Origin: Amphiscolops sp. MND2022
Taxonomy: Eukaryota
NCBI GenBank assembly: GCA_964187785.1
Contig: OZ076409.1
Location: 74,712,001 to 74,776,000, forward strand
Direction of reading: 5' to 3'
DNA length: 64,000 nt
Shown: positions 11,350-23,131 of the stretch, piece by piece
Layout of the letters: the number at the start of each line of letters is the position of its first letter
Numbering within the stretch: position 1 is the first letter of the stretch
Program-made: the position numbers and the translations under genes
The notes under the pieces: model-generated
The model's database searches: none
What the model was told of the DNA's origin: nothing
The model's input: the letters and a program-made list of their open reading frames with translations, nothing else

Positions 11350-14300
11350 GTGGTCAGTGCTGTTGCGTTCATTTTTTTCCGGCCGTGGGGGAGGGCCCCT
11401 CTGAGGCCGGTCATTTTTCAGGTAACAGCTTTCTTATACAAAAAAGCGGGAAAAAACCTCAGTGCTCAAATCCCAACCGTCAGAATGAGCTGAAATTTGG
11501 CATGTAGCTAGTGCATTGCAAATGATTAGGATGGGTTATAACGCTATGTTTGGCAAAATTGGTTTTGTTGCATTTTTTTTGTCATATAGGGCCAAAAATG
11601 GCCTTTTTTGCGTATTTTTTGCTTGACTAGCTAATAACTCGCGTTGGGTTGGTACTAGCGATACGGGTGTGGGGTATGGAATTGAAAGATTACCAAGTAC
11701 CTTGCTGATGACGTTATTTGATTTCCGCTCACATCACCCCCCACGCCGGAAATGCCCAATTTGTCACTTCCGGTCGCTATTTTTGACTTTTTTGGATGGA
11801 GTTAAAACCCATTTCCGGTGTGAAGGAGTAGGTTGAGCGCTCCAACCACGATTTACTAAAAGTAGGTTTAGACAAAGTCCTTTCAAGAAAAAAGTAATGT
11901 GAGCCCGCACCTATCACCCCCTCACCGGAAATAGGGGTCACGCCTCCTTTTTCTGTGTTGCAAAAGTGACATGTGCACATTTGTCCAACTCCGAAGCCCC
12001 GGAGCACCGTGGGACCCTTATACTTTCTAAACACCTATCCCACACGCTACCGGAAGTGACCGGAAGTTTCACCGGAAATGACATCCTTGGACCGGAAATG
12101 GTCAAAAAATGACTTTTCAATGCAAAATAGACACATTTGGTGCGATTTTTAGGCAAAAAGCATAGTTCGTGAAACGCTTGTTGCAGTTGGAAGGGCCATT
12201 GTTCAGCAAGAATGCGTACAGCATTACGTAGCACATCAAGTAGTTGATACTTTTTCGTCCATAATATCCTTAGGACCGGAAATGGCCATTTTTGAATCGG
12301 AAACTTCTTCAGCTTGATTTTTAACAGGTTTTTCCGCAATATTAGCGTAGGAATTGCTCGTCGGATGCTGTAGGTCTATTTTAAAACTAGCTAACTGCTT
12401 CTTAGAAATGTATTTCAGAAGTCCCAACCAATTCCAGAATACCGGAAATAAGAGTAATTGCCTCCTTTATGACCTTTGAATAATAATTTGTTAAAATCCG
12501 CATATTATTTTTTTCCACACTTGTTGCTGAGATTATATCTAAGCAATAACATGTGCTTGTCATGAAGTGCTGTAATGTGGGAGTTACGAATATTGCTATT
12601 TAAGAGTATTACATACGTGAATATCCGCCGTAATAAAGATTTTTTGAAACAACCACTTTTGAAGTCCTATAGATTGTCAGCACACCCGAAACAATTCAAG
12701 TTTCTAGTTTCGATTTTAAGGCTTCCGCGACTATTTAGTTGAGATGATAGTTTTCACGTTCTCTGCAAAACGTGCATTTCATTGTGTTTTTGACATTTAT
12801 TGGGCTGTTTCACATTGTAATTCAAAACTAATTGATCATACAATTTGGAACAATTGAAAATTTTCAATTGAACATTAAATGTTTTAATAGTTTCTCTTTC
12901 GTTGAAGATACTATTTTGTGGCCATTAGAACAGGTTGAATTAGTTGAATAAGTAGCCAGTGCGATACATCGTTTAATACATAGCGTTTGACATCGGTTTT
13001 TTTGCGAACAAAGACAAGCATGATTTGTTGAAAGTTTTTACCATATCGCTTCAAATCGGGTGTGACAAACAAGGAATTTCTCGTTTTATGTGCTACTCCG
13101 AAAGCAACCTGAAAACGCAAATCGATCTATTGAATTATCGAGATGAAAATAAGCATTTCAAGTCTGGATTTCAATTTAATTCTATCACTCCGGTCTATTT
13201 TTATGTCGCAAGAGTGATAAAGCGTGTTAGCAAGGTTAAACACATCGAACAATTTTAATAATAAAGTCTCCGGAAAGGGAAGAAAAAATGAGTTTTCCTG
13301 TCAAAACTATGATAACCACGTACGAAACATCAAGTTTTTGTATTGTTCAATAGTCCAAAACGTGAATGAAGTTTTTAAATATCCAAGCGTTTCTAATCAA
13401 GCATGCGTTTCAAATGTCTGACAGGGCAGCATCGTTCTCAAAAAACATTGCTTTCAATGTGGTTTGATACCAGCAAAACGAACGTAGGCACAACCAGATT
13501 CTCAAATTTCTTGCAAAACAGCCGATTTCTTTGAAAATCCTAATTGATTTCACAGGGTATATGGTGAAACCCTGTTGGATTCCAAAAATGAAAAGCTGAT
13601 TTCTTGGGTTTGCGAGATAAAAGACAACGGGAATCTGAAAGCAAGTCATCTCAATAAAATACCTGTTGCTCTTTAAACAAATGGACTTTAGTAGTCGAAA
13701 TTTTTTCTCAGACACTTTCGATCAGAGAATGTTTGAGTCCTTACGTTCGAATCAGGTTGGTTTCAGGTGGCTCGAAGTGCCAGCTGAACCAACCTTTCAA
13801 ATAAAGAAAAACCCCACATCTCCCTTCATGCCACGCTACCCCGTATAGCGTTTCAACTTGACAGAAGTTGGAACGTTTGATTTTGGCGTCGCTTGGGATT
13901 GACACACCAGTGTTGATACTAAATTTGGCAAAGAGAAATCGCAGAAATGATTGTTTCTTTTTTTCCCTTTGATTTAGTCTGTCGAGCGTACAAAGCAGTT
14001 TGGGAAACTAACTTGCATTTCCACTGAACGAAAAAAAGTAGTAGCCTTGCAAACTCCTGGAAAAGATTGAATCAGGTTTTCCTATTTGTGAGATCAGCTG
14101 TCACTCAATTATCAATTACTTTTTTAAAAATTTTTAGGAACAACTAACCTAACTCTGCTCGACTCTCTTGAATAATGCAACAATCGTTTACTGATCTGTA
14201 CTCGTGAGAAAAAAATCAACTGCAGGTCCAAAAACAATCTATATATCTTTGGTTTATTCCGTGCAAAGCTTTTTTTCACACCATGTGACTCAACTATAAC

Positions 14301-14420
14301 ATGTATGTAATGAAACCAATAACACCTTCAACTATCAACGCCCACCGTCCGTAGGCATGCCGAGGCATGCCTTTCGACGACGCGCGCCGGAAACAATCTA
14401 ACGGCGCCACCCGCTTCTGG
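11350..14420 (+). mobile_element. Unit 3: family C, singleton (3071 bp)
   Basis: Head GTGGTCAGTGCTG; CCGGAA-rich 5' third; unique AT-rich interior; terminal hairpin; ends CTGG. Confidence 0.7.
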
Positions 14421-15689
14421 GTGGCCGCGTCTTTTGTCGAACTTTAACCATGGAGGCGCGGGTAGGGTCCTGCGCCGACTTAGTGCCTTTACTATGATAC
14501 AAAAATAGGTACCTGAGTAAACGATCTCGAAGATGAGCCGTCAGAAATTCCTGAAAATTTGCATGTGGCCCCCAATTGGCGAGCATATGAAAAGTGTAGG
14601 AGGTCATTTTTCCCAAATTCCACTGTGAGACGAGATAAACGCGAAAAATGAGGTAAAAAATGGACCCATTTTTGATAAATTTTGCAATATCTCGTTCCAG
14701 AGGCATCGGAGGTACCGTATACCTGACGTGGAAAATGCTCGGCATGTGAAGGGGGTTACGTGGACAAATTTTCGTCCAAATCGGATAAAAATTGACAGAG
14801 TAATAACAAATTTTTTTGTTCATTTTGGCGACTTTTTCAGAAAACCCAGTTTATCTCTGCCGTTTTTTGCCCAGATTTTTTCTAGAACCTCTCCTAAAGG
14901 CCTCCCCTGGCCGGTTTACCTCCCAAAAAAACCATTTGGCCCTAAATACGAGGTTTCAGCGTTCCAGCATTATCGGGCGAAATTTTATATGACTTAGAAA
15001 ATTTTCAAAAATTTTCAAAATTTTTCTAAAAAAGTTCAGGCCGCCCAAAGTGAAGAAACTTCCACACAACTAGTATTGCAAGTGAATGCATGTGGAAAGC
15101 CCTGCACTTGACGAGGAAAATGCCATTTAGAACGTCTTTTTATCTTAACTTGATGTTGACTTATGATCTTTTGAGTAGCGTATAACACGTGATCACAGTA
15201 GTGAAAATCCTAATTTTCAATAATTTTCAAACAATAACGCATGAAAAGAACCTGGAAAAGGTTCCGATGGGTCATTTGGGATGTCGGAAGCATGTGTACC
15301 TTCCCGTAGTGTATAGCGGATATATTTGGGACTTATTAGAAATTGTGATATATTTTATACAAATCTTTGTTTCTCTCAGAATCTTATGCGGTTGAGTACA
15401 TTCCATCTCCCTCTCAGGGGAGATGTGAATGTACGTTTGCCAAATGCCTTGTAAAGTTCACATGTTTGATGGACTTAACTAAAAAAACAAGTGTGAGTTG
15501 CGTTTGCCGAATCGCTACAGTAAAAAATACTAAAACTTTAGTCAGATTGAATGGTTTTTGTCTTTAGTGTTTCTTCTTGTATAGCCGACTTCCACATCCA
15601 AATATCAACGCCCACCGTCCGTAGGCATGCCGAGGCATGCCTTTCGACGACGTATGCCAAAATCCAAATGCCACGCTGTCACTCTCTTG
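14421..15689 (+). mobile_element. Unit 4: family D (1269 bp)
   Basis: Head GTGGCCGCGTCTTTT; homologous to unit 13; ends CTTG. Confidence 0.85.
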
Positions 15690-17078
15690 GTGGTTGGGGC
15701 GGTCCCCAGAACGCACAAGGAGGCGCGGGGAGGGTCCTGCGCCGACGTAGAATAATTTCATATAATACTAGTATCCTACATGGGTGTTTTAGAAGCGATT
15801 TTGGAATCTAACCGTAGGATTTGGATAATTTTTTGCATGCGGCCATAACTCGAAATTCTAAGAACTTTTTCCTACTGTCATTTTCCCCGCAAAATGTTTT
15901 TTGTTGACTTATGGCCGAAAAACCGGAAATAACGTCCTTTTTAGACGTTATATCCGAAGTGTCGTCATAACTTTTTTCCAGTGCATGCTAGCGTTCTCGT
16001 TCACTTTTACACTTAGTTGCAGCATCTCAAAATACAACTGGTGGAAAATTTTGATTGCATTCGGATCACCCCCCATCGAGATAGAAGGGTTCCCCCCTCC
16101 AGTTTTACCCCCCAAATTTGCGAAAAAGCCAATTTTGAGCATGAAGCCGAGGATTTAGCGTACCCGCACCCTCCTGATGTTTTGTTGTACGTATTGGGGT
16201 CAATCGGACGACATGTGTGGTTTTCACCCCCAACCCCCCCTGGGACCGGAAATGACATTTTTTTGTGTTTTTTGGCAGAAATTAGCCTTTTTCATTATTT
16301 GGCAGTCGTTTTAGGGACTCCTAGCAGGATATCGAAAATGAAATACAACCTGATCACAACCCAGTGACAACATGTTGGCCATTTGGAGGTACCATCATGA
16401 CCGGAAGTGGGGTCAACTCCCCTTTTTGTGACCGCTTTTTGACCTTGTGAACCAAAATGCCAACAACTTGAGGCCTAATGACGCATTCAAATCTGTACAA
16501 AGATAAAATGTTAGACAACCGAAGTCCCGGAAGATCTTTAGCATATACCGGAAGTTACCCCCCATGACCGGAAGTTACCCAATGTGACCGGAAATGGTCC
16601 AAAAATTAATGTAAAGTTGAATTTTTCACTATTTCAAGACCACTTGATTGAACATCTTCATTCCCAAAACTAGCGTACTGGCTTGTTTTGCTGAATTTAT
16701 GGAAATTGATGAGCTCTATCACCCCCGATAGCCTTCGAAGTTGACCTTGCGTCAACTTTGGAGGCTATCGATACTGAAAATGAACAACAAAGTACATTGT
16801 TGCTCTCGGTTTTTTTCCCGTTGTTTTTCCTCAAACATTCTTGAGACATATACATGGCCGTTAGTTGAAATCAATATTTAGCCCATGTTATAGCTGGAGC
16901 AGCGAAGCGTTACACAGACTAGTGTGGTTTTGAAAGTACATTATTTAAATTAACAACTGACCGTCTTAGTCAACTCCACACATTCATACCAACGCCCACC
17001 GTCTGTGGGCATGCCGAGGCATGCCCTTCGACGACGTATGACGAATCCACTCCAACGAAACCCGCAGTCCTCAGCTAG
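15690..17078 (+). mobile_element. Unit 5: family A (1389 bp)
   Basis: Head GTGGTTGGGGCGGTCCCCAGAACGC; tail GTCCTCAGCTAG. Confidence 0.9.
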
Positions 17079-18350
17079 GTGGCCGGAAATTTTTTTTTTC
17101 AGCAAAATCTTTGCCATTGGGGGAGGGGCCCCGGATGGCCAGTAGTACGGGATAGCTTCCTACCAAATCCAGATGGAAAAAACGTGATTTCGGAAACTAG
17201 CCGTCAGAATTTGCTCAAATTTTGCATACGGCTTCCTATGACAATCCTAAGAACTAATCCCTACTGGCATTTTGCCCAAAAAACGCAAAAAGTTGGTCAA
17301 AATCTTAGTTTTTTGGTCAAAAAATAGCGTTTTTTCGAAAAATTTTTTTTCAGAGACAATTACTCGTAACTGGTTCACCCAGCGCAAAAACGCCTAGCTG
17401 ATTTATTGTTGGGCACTTCATGAGGAGTGCGTATACAAATTTTCGTCCAAATCGGATAAAAGTTGATTGAGAAATAACTGAAAATTTGGGGCATTTTTTT
17501 GGAAATTTTCGAAATCCCAGTCTATCTCTGCCGTTTTTTGCCCAGATTTTTTTCCAGACACTTTCCTAAAGACCTCCCCTGGCCGGTTTACCTCCCAGCA
17601 AAACCATTTGGCCCTAAATACGGAGTTTCAGCATTCCAGCAAACCCCGGGTAAAAGATAAATGACTTAGAATTTTTTCGAAAAATTTTCAAAATTTTTTT
17701 TTTCAAATTCAGGCCTCCCAAAGTCAAGAAACTTCCACACAACTAGGATTGCAAGTGATAGCATGTGGAAAGTGCTTGAATAGACGAGAATAATTAGCTA
17801 TTATACGACTCTGTAGCTTAACCTGACGTTGACTTATGATAATTTTAGTGTGAGCTTCGTATGTGCTGAAAAAATCAAAAAAAACCTAAAAGTCTTTTAA
17901 AAGTAATCAGAATACGTCCAATCAACCCCAGAGCTGTTAAATTGCTGTTGTGCAGTGGAGAAACACCATTTAGAGTGTTTTGACCCATTTTGATAAGTTT
18001 TTATACCGTCTTGTTCATCCGATAGCACAAAACAGTTGAGTACATTCCATCTCCCTCCTTGTGGGGGAGATGAGAATGTACTCGCTAAAAGTCAGGCACT
18101 ATAGCGCCCATTTTGTTTTATTCGACGCTAGTGATGCTATTGCACACGAATACAATAGTTTTGTCAAATCATGTTTGACATGATGAATCTTACTATACCT
18201 TTAGTTTACGTTAACCTACTAGTACAACATCGCATCCCTGACGTCAACGCCACATACTCGCATCAACGCCCACCGTCCGTGGGCATGCCGAGGCATGCCC
18301 TTCGACGACGTATGCCAAATAGCGCCACAGGGCGCAAACTTGTCCGCTAG
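17079..18350 (+). mobile_element. Unit 6: family E (1272 bp)
   Basis: Head GTGGCCGGAAATTTT; core shared with D/I/J/M. Confidence 0.8.
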
Positions 18351-20324
18351 GTGCGGGGGGGTAACCCCTACAAAGATATTGGAGGATTCGGGTAGGGTCC
18401 TGAATCCGAGTTCAGTGCTGCCAGCTATCGTTAGGGATTTGAGAAAATTTTGCCGATCTCGTGATCTAACCGTAGGATTTTAAAGTTGGAGCGGCCCCCA
18501 CCAGATTTTCCAAAGTTATTCGCCCCCCACCGGGTTCCAGCGTGATTGAAATTTTTTGACGGGGTACACGGGCGACCGTTAGGGGTCATTTTGAGGGTAA
18601 AATTTATATCCGGTCGCATAACTTTTTTCCTGTTGGTTTAAAACTTTGGGACCCTGCTAAAAGTTTCTTGACCGTGTTGCAGTGGCTCCGGAGGTCCAAA
18701 CCAAATTTTTCTATCTTGAAGCTATCTCCAAGTACCCCCCCGCCCAAACCGTTATTTTTCCGGAAACGCAGGTTTTTGACCCGGAAGGAGTCGTCTGAGC
18801 GCGGGGTCGTTAGGTGATGTATTGGGGACGGCCTTGAGACGAAGCGGGGGACATGTAGTTTGCCGACCCCAGTTTACCCCCCGGACGGGAAATGACCGTT
18901 ATTTGAGCGGGAAAAATGCCCCCCTCCACGTTTTACCGCTCTTTCCGGTGTGAAGGAGTGGGAGTAGCGCGTCGGGTGCCATATATCAAAAGTAGGTTTA
19001 GACAAGGACCTATCGGAAACATGTAGTTTGGGACCCCCTGGACCAACCCGTTAGCGGGAAATGGGGCTTCCGCCTCCTTTTTTTACTGCTAAAACCGTAA
19101 AATGGGCATTGAGGGGTAAATATCTCGTGAACGCGTGGAGCAATCGTGTCCATCACTTCTACAAGGTTTCATACCTATGATATGGTGCCTTCAGGGGGGC
19201 AAACAGATTTCCGCTATCTATCACCGTTACCGACTTGGCCCCCCAGCCTAACCGCTATGTGACCGGAAATGTCACTTTTTGAGCCCAAAGGGTCGGTCCC
19301 ACCCGGGGAACGTTAGGTAACTTATTGTAGTGCTAATTGAGACGAGTTGGGGGACATAGTTTCAGTCACCCCCCGTTACCCCTTAGGACCGGAAATGACC
19401 GTTATGTGGGTAAATTGGCATTTTTTGTACTTTTTGAAGGGCATTTAGATGCGGAAGGAGTGGTAATAGGGGCTTGGACACTATATGAAGGAAGGGAGGA
19501 CGTGAGGCGAGCATTCGAAAATAACCGTTATGTTGACCCTAAAGACCCCCTGGTACCGGAAGTGACCCGTAATGGTCAAATTTTGTGTTTAAAGGGTACA
19601 AATGTTTGGTGTTTTATGGATAACAGTACCTATTGGGTGTTTCGACGGTCTGCAGTCGTGAACATAGTCATGAAACCTTGTGGGGGGTAACAGTATATAG
19701 CACCGAAAGTCCAAACCGTTGGAGACAGGATAAGTTTTTTTGGTTTTAAAATGTCTTTCGGCCTACTTTTGTCGACTATTATGGACTATTTTTGAAAAAT
19801 AAAGTTTTTCCATATAGTTTCAGAGACTCCGAAACCTCAAGCAACATAACCGTTACCTTATGATAGCCTTTCAAGTTGGCCTGGTGTCAACTTGGAAGGG
19901 CTATCCTTCAAAAGTCATTAATCAAGTGTGTTTTTGAGTATGCTTGTTTTACTTTAGAATCAATTAGAGCTTCAAGAAAATATTGCCAACGATAAAAACT
20001 ATGTCGTGATGATTCCGTTATTAGAATAATAGTTAACAAATTTTGATAAAGTTGATTTTTTACATTTCAAATCTGTCCTAAATGCCAGAAAACCTCTTTA
20101 CCAAACAAATGGTATTGATTGAATTGTATAAAACAGCTAATAAAAGTTCAAATTGAATATTACCTTTCATTATGCAAGCTGAAACGTCATATTATAGTTT
20201 CATTAACGTCAACGCCACATACTTTACATCAACGCCCACCGTCTGTGGGCATGCCGAGGCATGCCCTTCGACGACGTATACCAAATTCCTCCAACACAAC
20301 ACCCCCGAGCGCGGTAGCAGCTAG
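18351..20324 (+). mobile_element. Unit 7: family F, singleton (1974 bp)
   Basis: Head GTGCGGGGGGGTAACCCC; GC-richer body; GATAGCC-type palindrome; terminal hairpin. Confidence 0.8.
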
Positions 20325-21713
20325 GTGGTTGGGGCGGTCCCCAGAACGCACAAGGAGGCGCGGGGAGGGTCCTGCGCCGACGTAGAATAATTTCATATAA
20401 TACTAGTATCCTACATGGGTGTTTTAGAGGCGATTTTGGAATCTAACCGTAGGATTTGGATAATTTTTTGCATGCGGCCATAACTCGAAATTCTAAGAAC
20501 TTTTTCCTACTGTCATTTTCCCCGCAAATTGTTTTTTGTTGACTTATGGCCGAAAAACCGGAAATAACGTCCTTTTTAGACGTTATATCCGAAGTGTCGG
20601 CATAACTTTTTTCCAGGGCATGCTAGCGTTCTCGTTCACTTTTACACTTAGTTGCAGCATCTCAAAATACAACTGGTGGAAAATTTTGGTTGCATTCGGA
20701 TCACCCCCCACCGAGATAGAAGGGTTCCCCCCTCCAGTTTTACCCCCCAAATTTGCAAAATAGCCAAATTTGAGCATGAAGCCGAGGATTTAGCGTACCC
20801 GCACCCTCCTGATGTTTTGTTGTACGTATTGGGGTCAATCTGACGACATGTTTGGTTTTCACCCCCCAACCCCCCCTTGGACCGGAAATGACATTTTTTT
20901 GTGTTTTTTGGCAGAATTTAGCCTTTTTCATTATTAGGCAGTCGTTTTAGGGACTCCTAGCAGGATATCGAAATTGAAATACAACCTGATCACAACCCAG
21001 TGACAAAATGTTGGCCACTTGGAGGTATCATCATGACCGGAAGTGAGGTCAATCCCCCTTTTTGTGACCGCTTTTTGACCTTGTGCACCAAAATGCCAAC
21101 ATCTTGAGGCCTAATGAGGCATTCAAATCTGTACAAAGATAAAATGTTAGACAACCGAAGTCCCGGAAGATCTTTAGCATATACCGGAAGTTACCCCCCA
21201 TGACCGGAAGTTACCCAATGTGACCGGAAATGGTCCAAAAATTAATGAAAAGTTGAATTTTTCACTATTTCAAGACCACTTAATTGAAACTTTTCAATCT
21301 CAAAACTAGCGTACTGGCTTGTTTTGCTGAAATTATGGAAATTGATGAGCCCTATCACCCTCGATAGCCTTCGAAGTTGACCTTGCGTCAACTTTGGAGG
21401 CTATCGAAACTGAAAATGAACAACAAAGTACATTGTTGCTCTCGGTTTTTTCCCGTTGTTTTTCCTCAAACATTCTTGAGACATATACATGGCCGTTAGT
21501 TGAAATCAATATTTAGCCCATGTTATACCTGGAGCAGCGAAGCGTTACACAGACTAGTGTGGTTTTGAAATTACATTATTTAAATTAACAACAGATCGTT
21601 TTAGTCAACTCCACACATTCATACCAAAGCCCACCGTCTGTGGGCATGCCGAGGCATGCCCTTCGACGACGTATGACGAATCCACTCCAACGACACCCGC
21701 AGTCCTCAGCTAG
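20325..21713 (+). mobile_element. Unit 8: family A (1389 bp)
   Basis: Full-length match to unit 5. Confidence 0.9.
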
Positions 21714-23131
21714 GTGGTCGGGTATTTTTTTTTACTCGTATATGACGTTTGCGAGGCTTTGGGGAGGGCCCCGTGCCGAGCCTGTTATCCGAAATTCACC
21801 ACTACCAGAAGTGGTATAAATAAGCGAGATCTCGAAAACTATCCATTAGAATTCTCTGAAATTTTGCATGTGGCTCCTAATCAATGAGCAATGAAAAAGT
21901 GTAGGAGTGACTGTCGCTGAAAAAATTGTCTTTGTGCATTTTTTGCGCAATTTTTGTCGCATTGTTGCGTTTTTTTATGTCATTTTCCACTTTGGAGGCA
22001 AAAAACTCATAGATGCTTTGTTCCTAGCGCAACGAGTGCGGAGCACGAAAAGTTGCAGCATCTTCAATTACGTGTGCTGAGAAAATTTGGTTGCCCTCGG
22101 GTTACCCCCCACAGAGACAGTTGGTACTTCCGGTTAATTTTGACCCCCTGAAATTGGGAAATTGGTAATTTTAGAAAGAAAGCCGTGGACTTAGCGTGTC
22201 CACACCCTGCTGAAGTTTTGTTAGGCATTTTGAGATAGATCTGATGACATGTGTTCAGTTCACCCCCATCACCCCCTGGACCGGAAATGAACTTTTTTGT
22301 GCACATTCAGACCGGAAGTCTCCATTTTCACCGGTAAGCAGTCCTTGAACGAGCAACTAGCAGAACATCAAAACTGAAATACAAGCTGGGGCCAACTTAG
22401 TGACCCTTTGTTGTTCAGTTATAGGTAACGCTATGACCGGAAATGGGGTCAAAACCCCCCTCTTGGTTGTTTTTTATCAATTTGACTAGTTTTTGGTCCA
22501 CATTCAAGTCGCGCAAGGCAATTGCAACAGTTTGAGCTCAAACTGCATGTTAACTGCGTAGATGTAACTGACAATGTCAGATACCGGAAGTAACCCCCTG
22601 TGACCGGAAGTTGTCATTTTTGAGCGGAAGTGGTCCAAAAAGTAGAGTAAATGCAGTTTTTCACTGCTTTTTAAGGCAAAGTTATTACTTTTTTCTATTA
22701 AAGTTATTACCTTTTTCTATCTTATTGTTTTTTCCTACTCACAAAACTTACATTGTAGCTTGTTTGGCCAAAGTTCTGGAAAGTGATTACCTCTATCACC
22801 CCAGATAGCCTTCCAAGTTGACCTTAGGTCAATCTTGAAGGCTATCTGTTCTGAAAACGATAAATAGTGGAAATTGGGTTTCTCGTTTCTCGTTGTTATT
22901 TTTTCCATAAAGTTAATTTGTTAAATAAGGCTTTTGTTCAACTGAGTAATTTGAATTTTGTCCAGAGGTGTCACACAGACGAATACCATTTCAAGTTGAA
23001 GTAAACATATGATGGCAATATTAGACAATATCACACACACTTACCAACGCCCACCGTCCGTGGGCATGCCGAGGCATGCCCTTCGACGACGTATGCCAAA
23101 TAGCGCCACAGGGCGCCCAAATGTTTGCTAG
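21714..23131 (+). mobile_element. Unit 9: family G (1418 bp)
   Basis: Head GTGGTCGGGTATTTTT; homologous to unit 21; body distantly related to A. Confidence 0.85.

Noticed and set aside
15901..16158. Recurring short ORFs (e.g. MLTYGRKTGNN..., MSIKPVISFF..., MGLRKFSK...) as protein genes
   Set aside because: They recur only because the DNA repeats; length and frame vary between copies, many start at non-ATG codons, and I recognise no domains.
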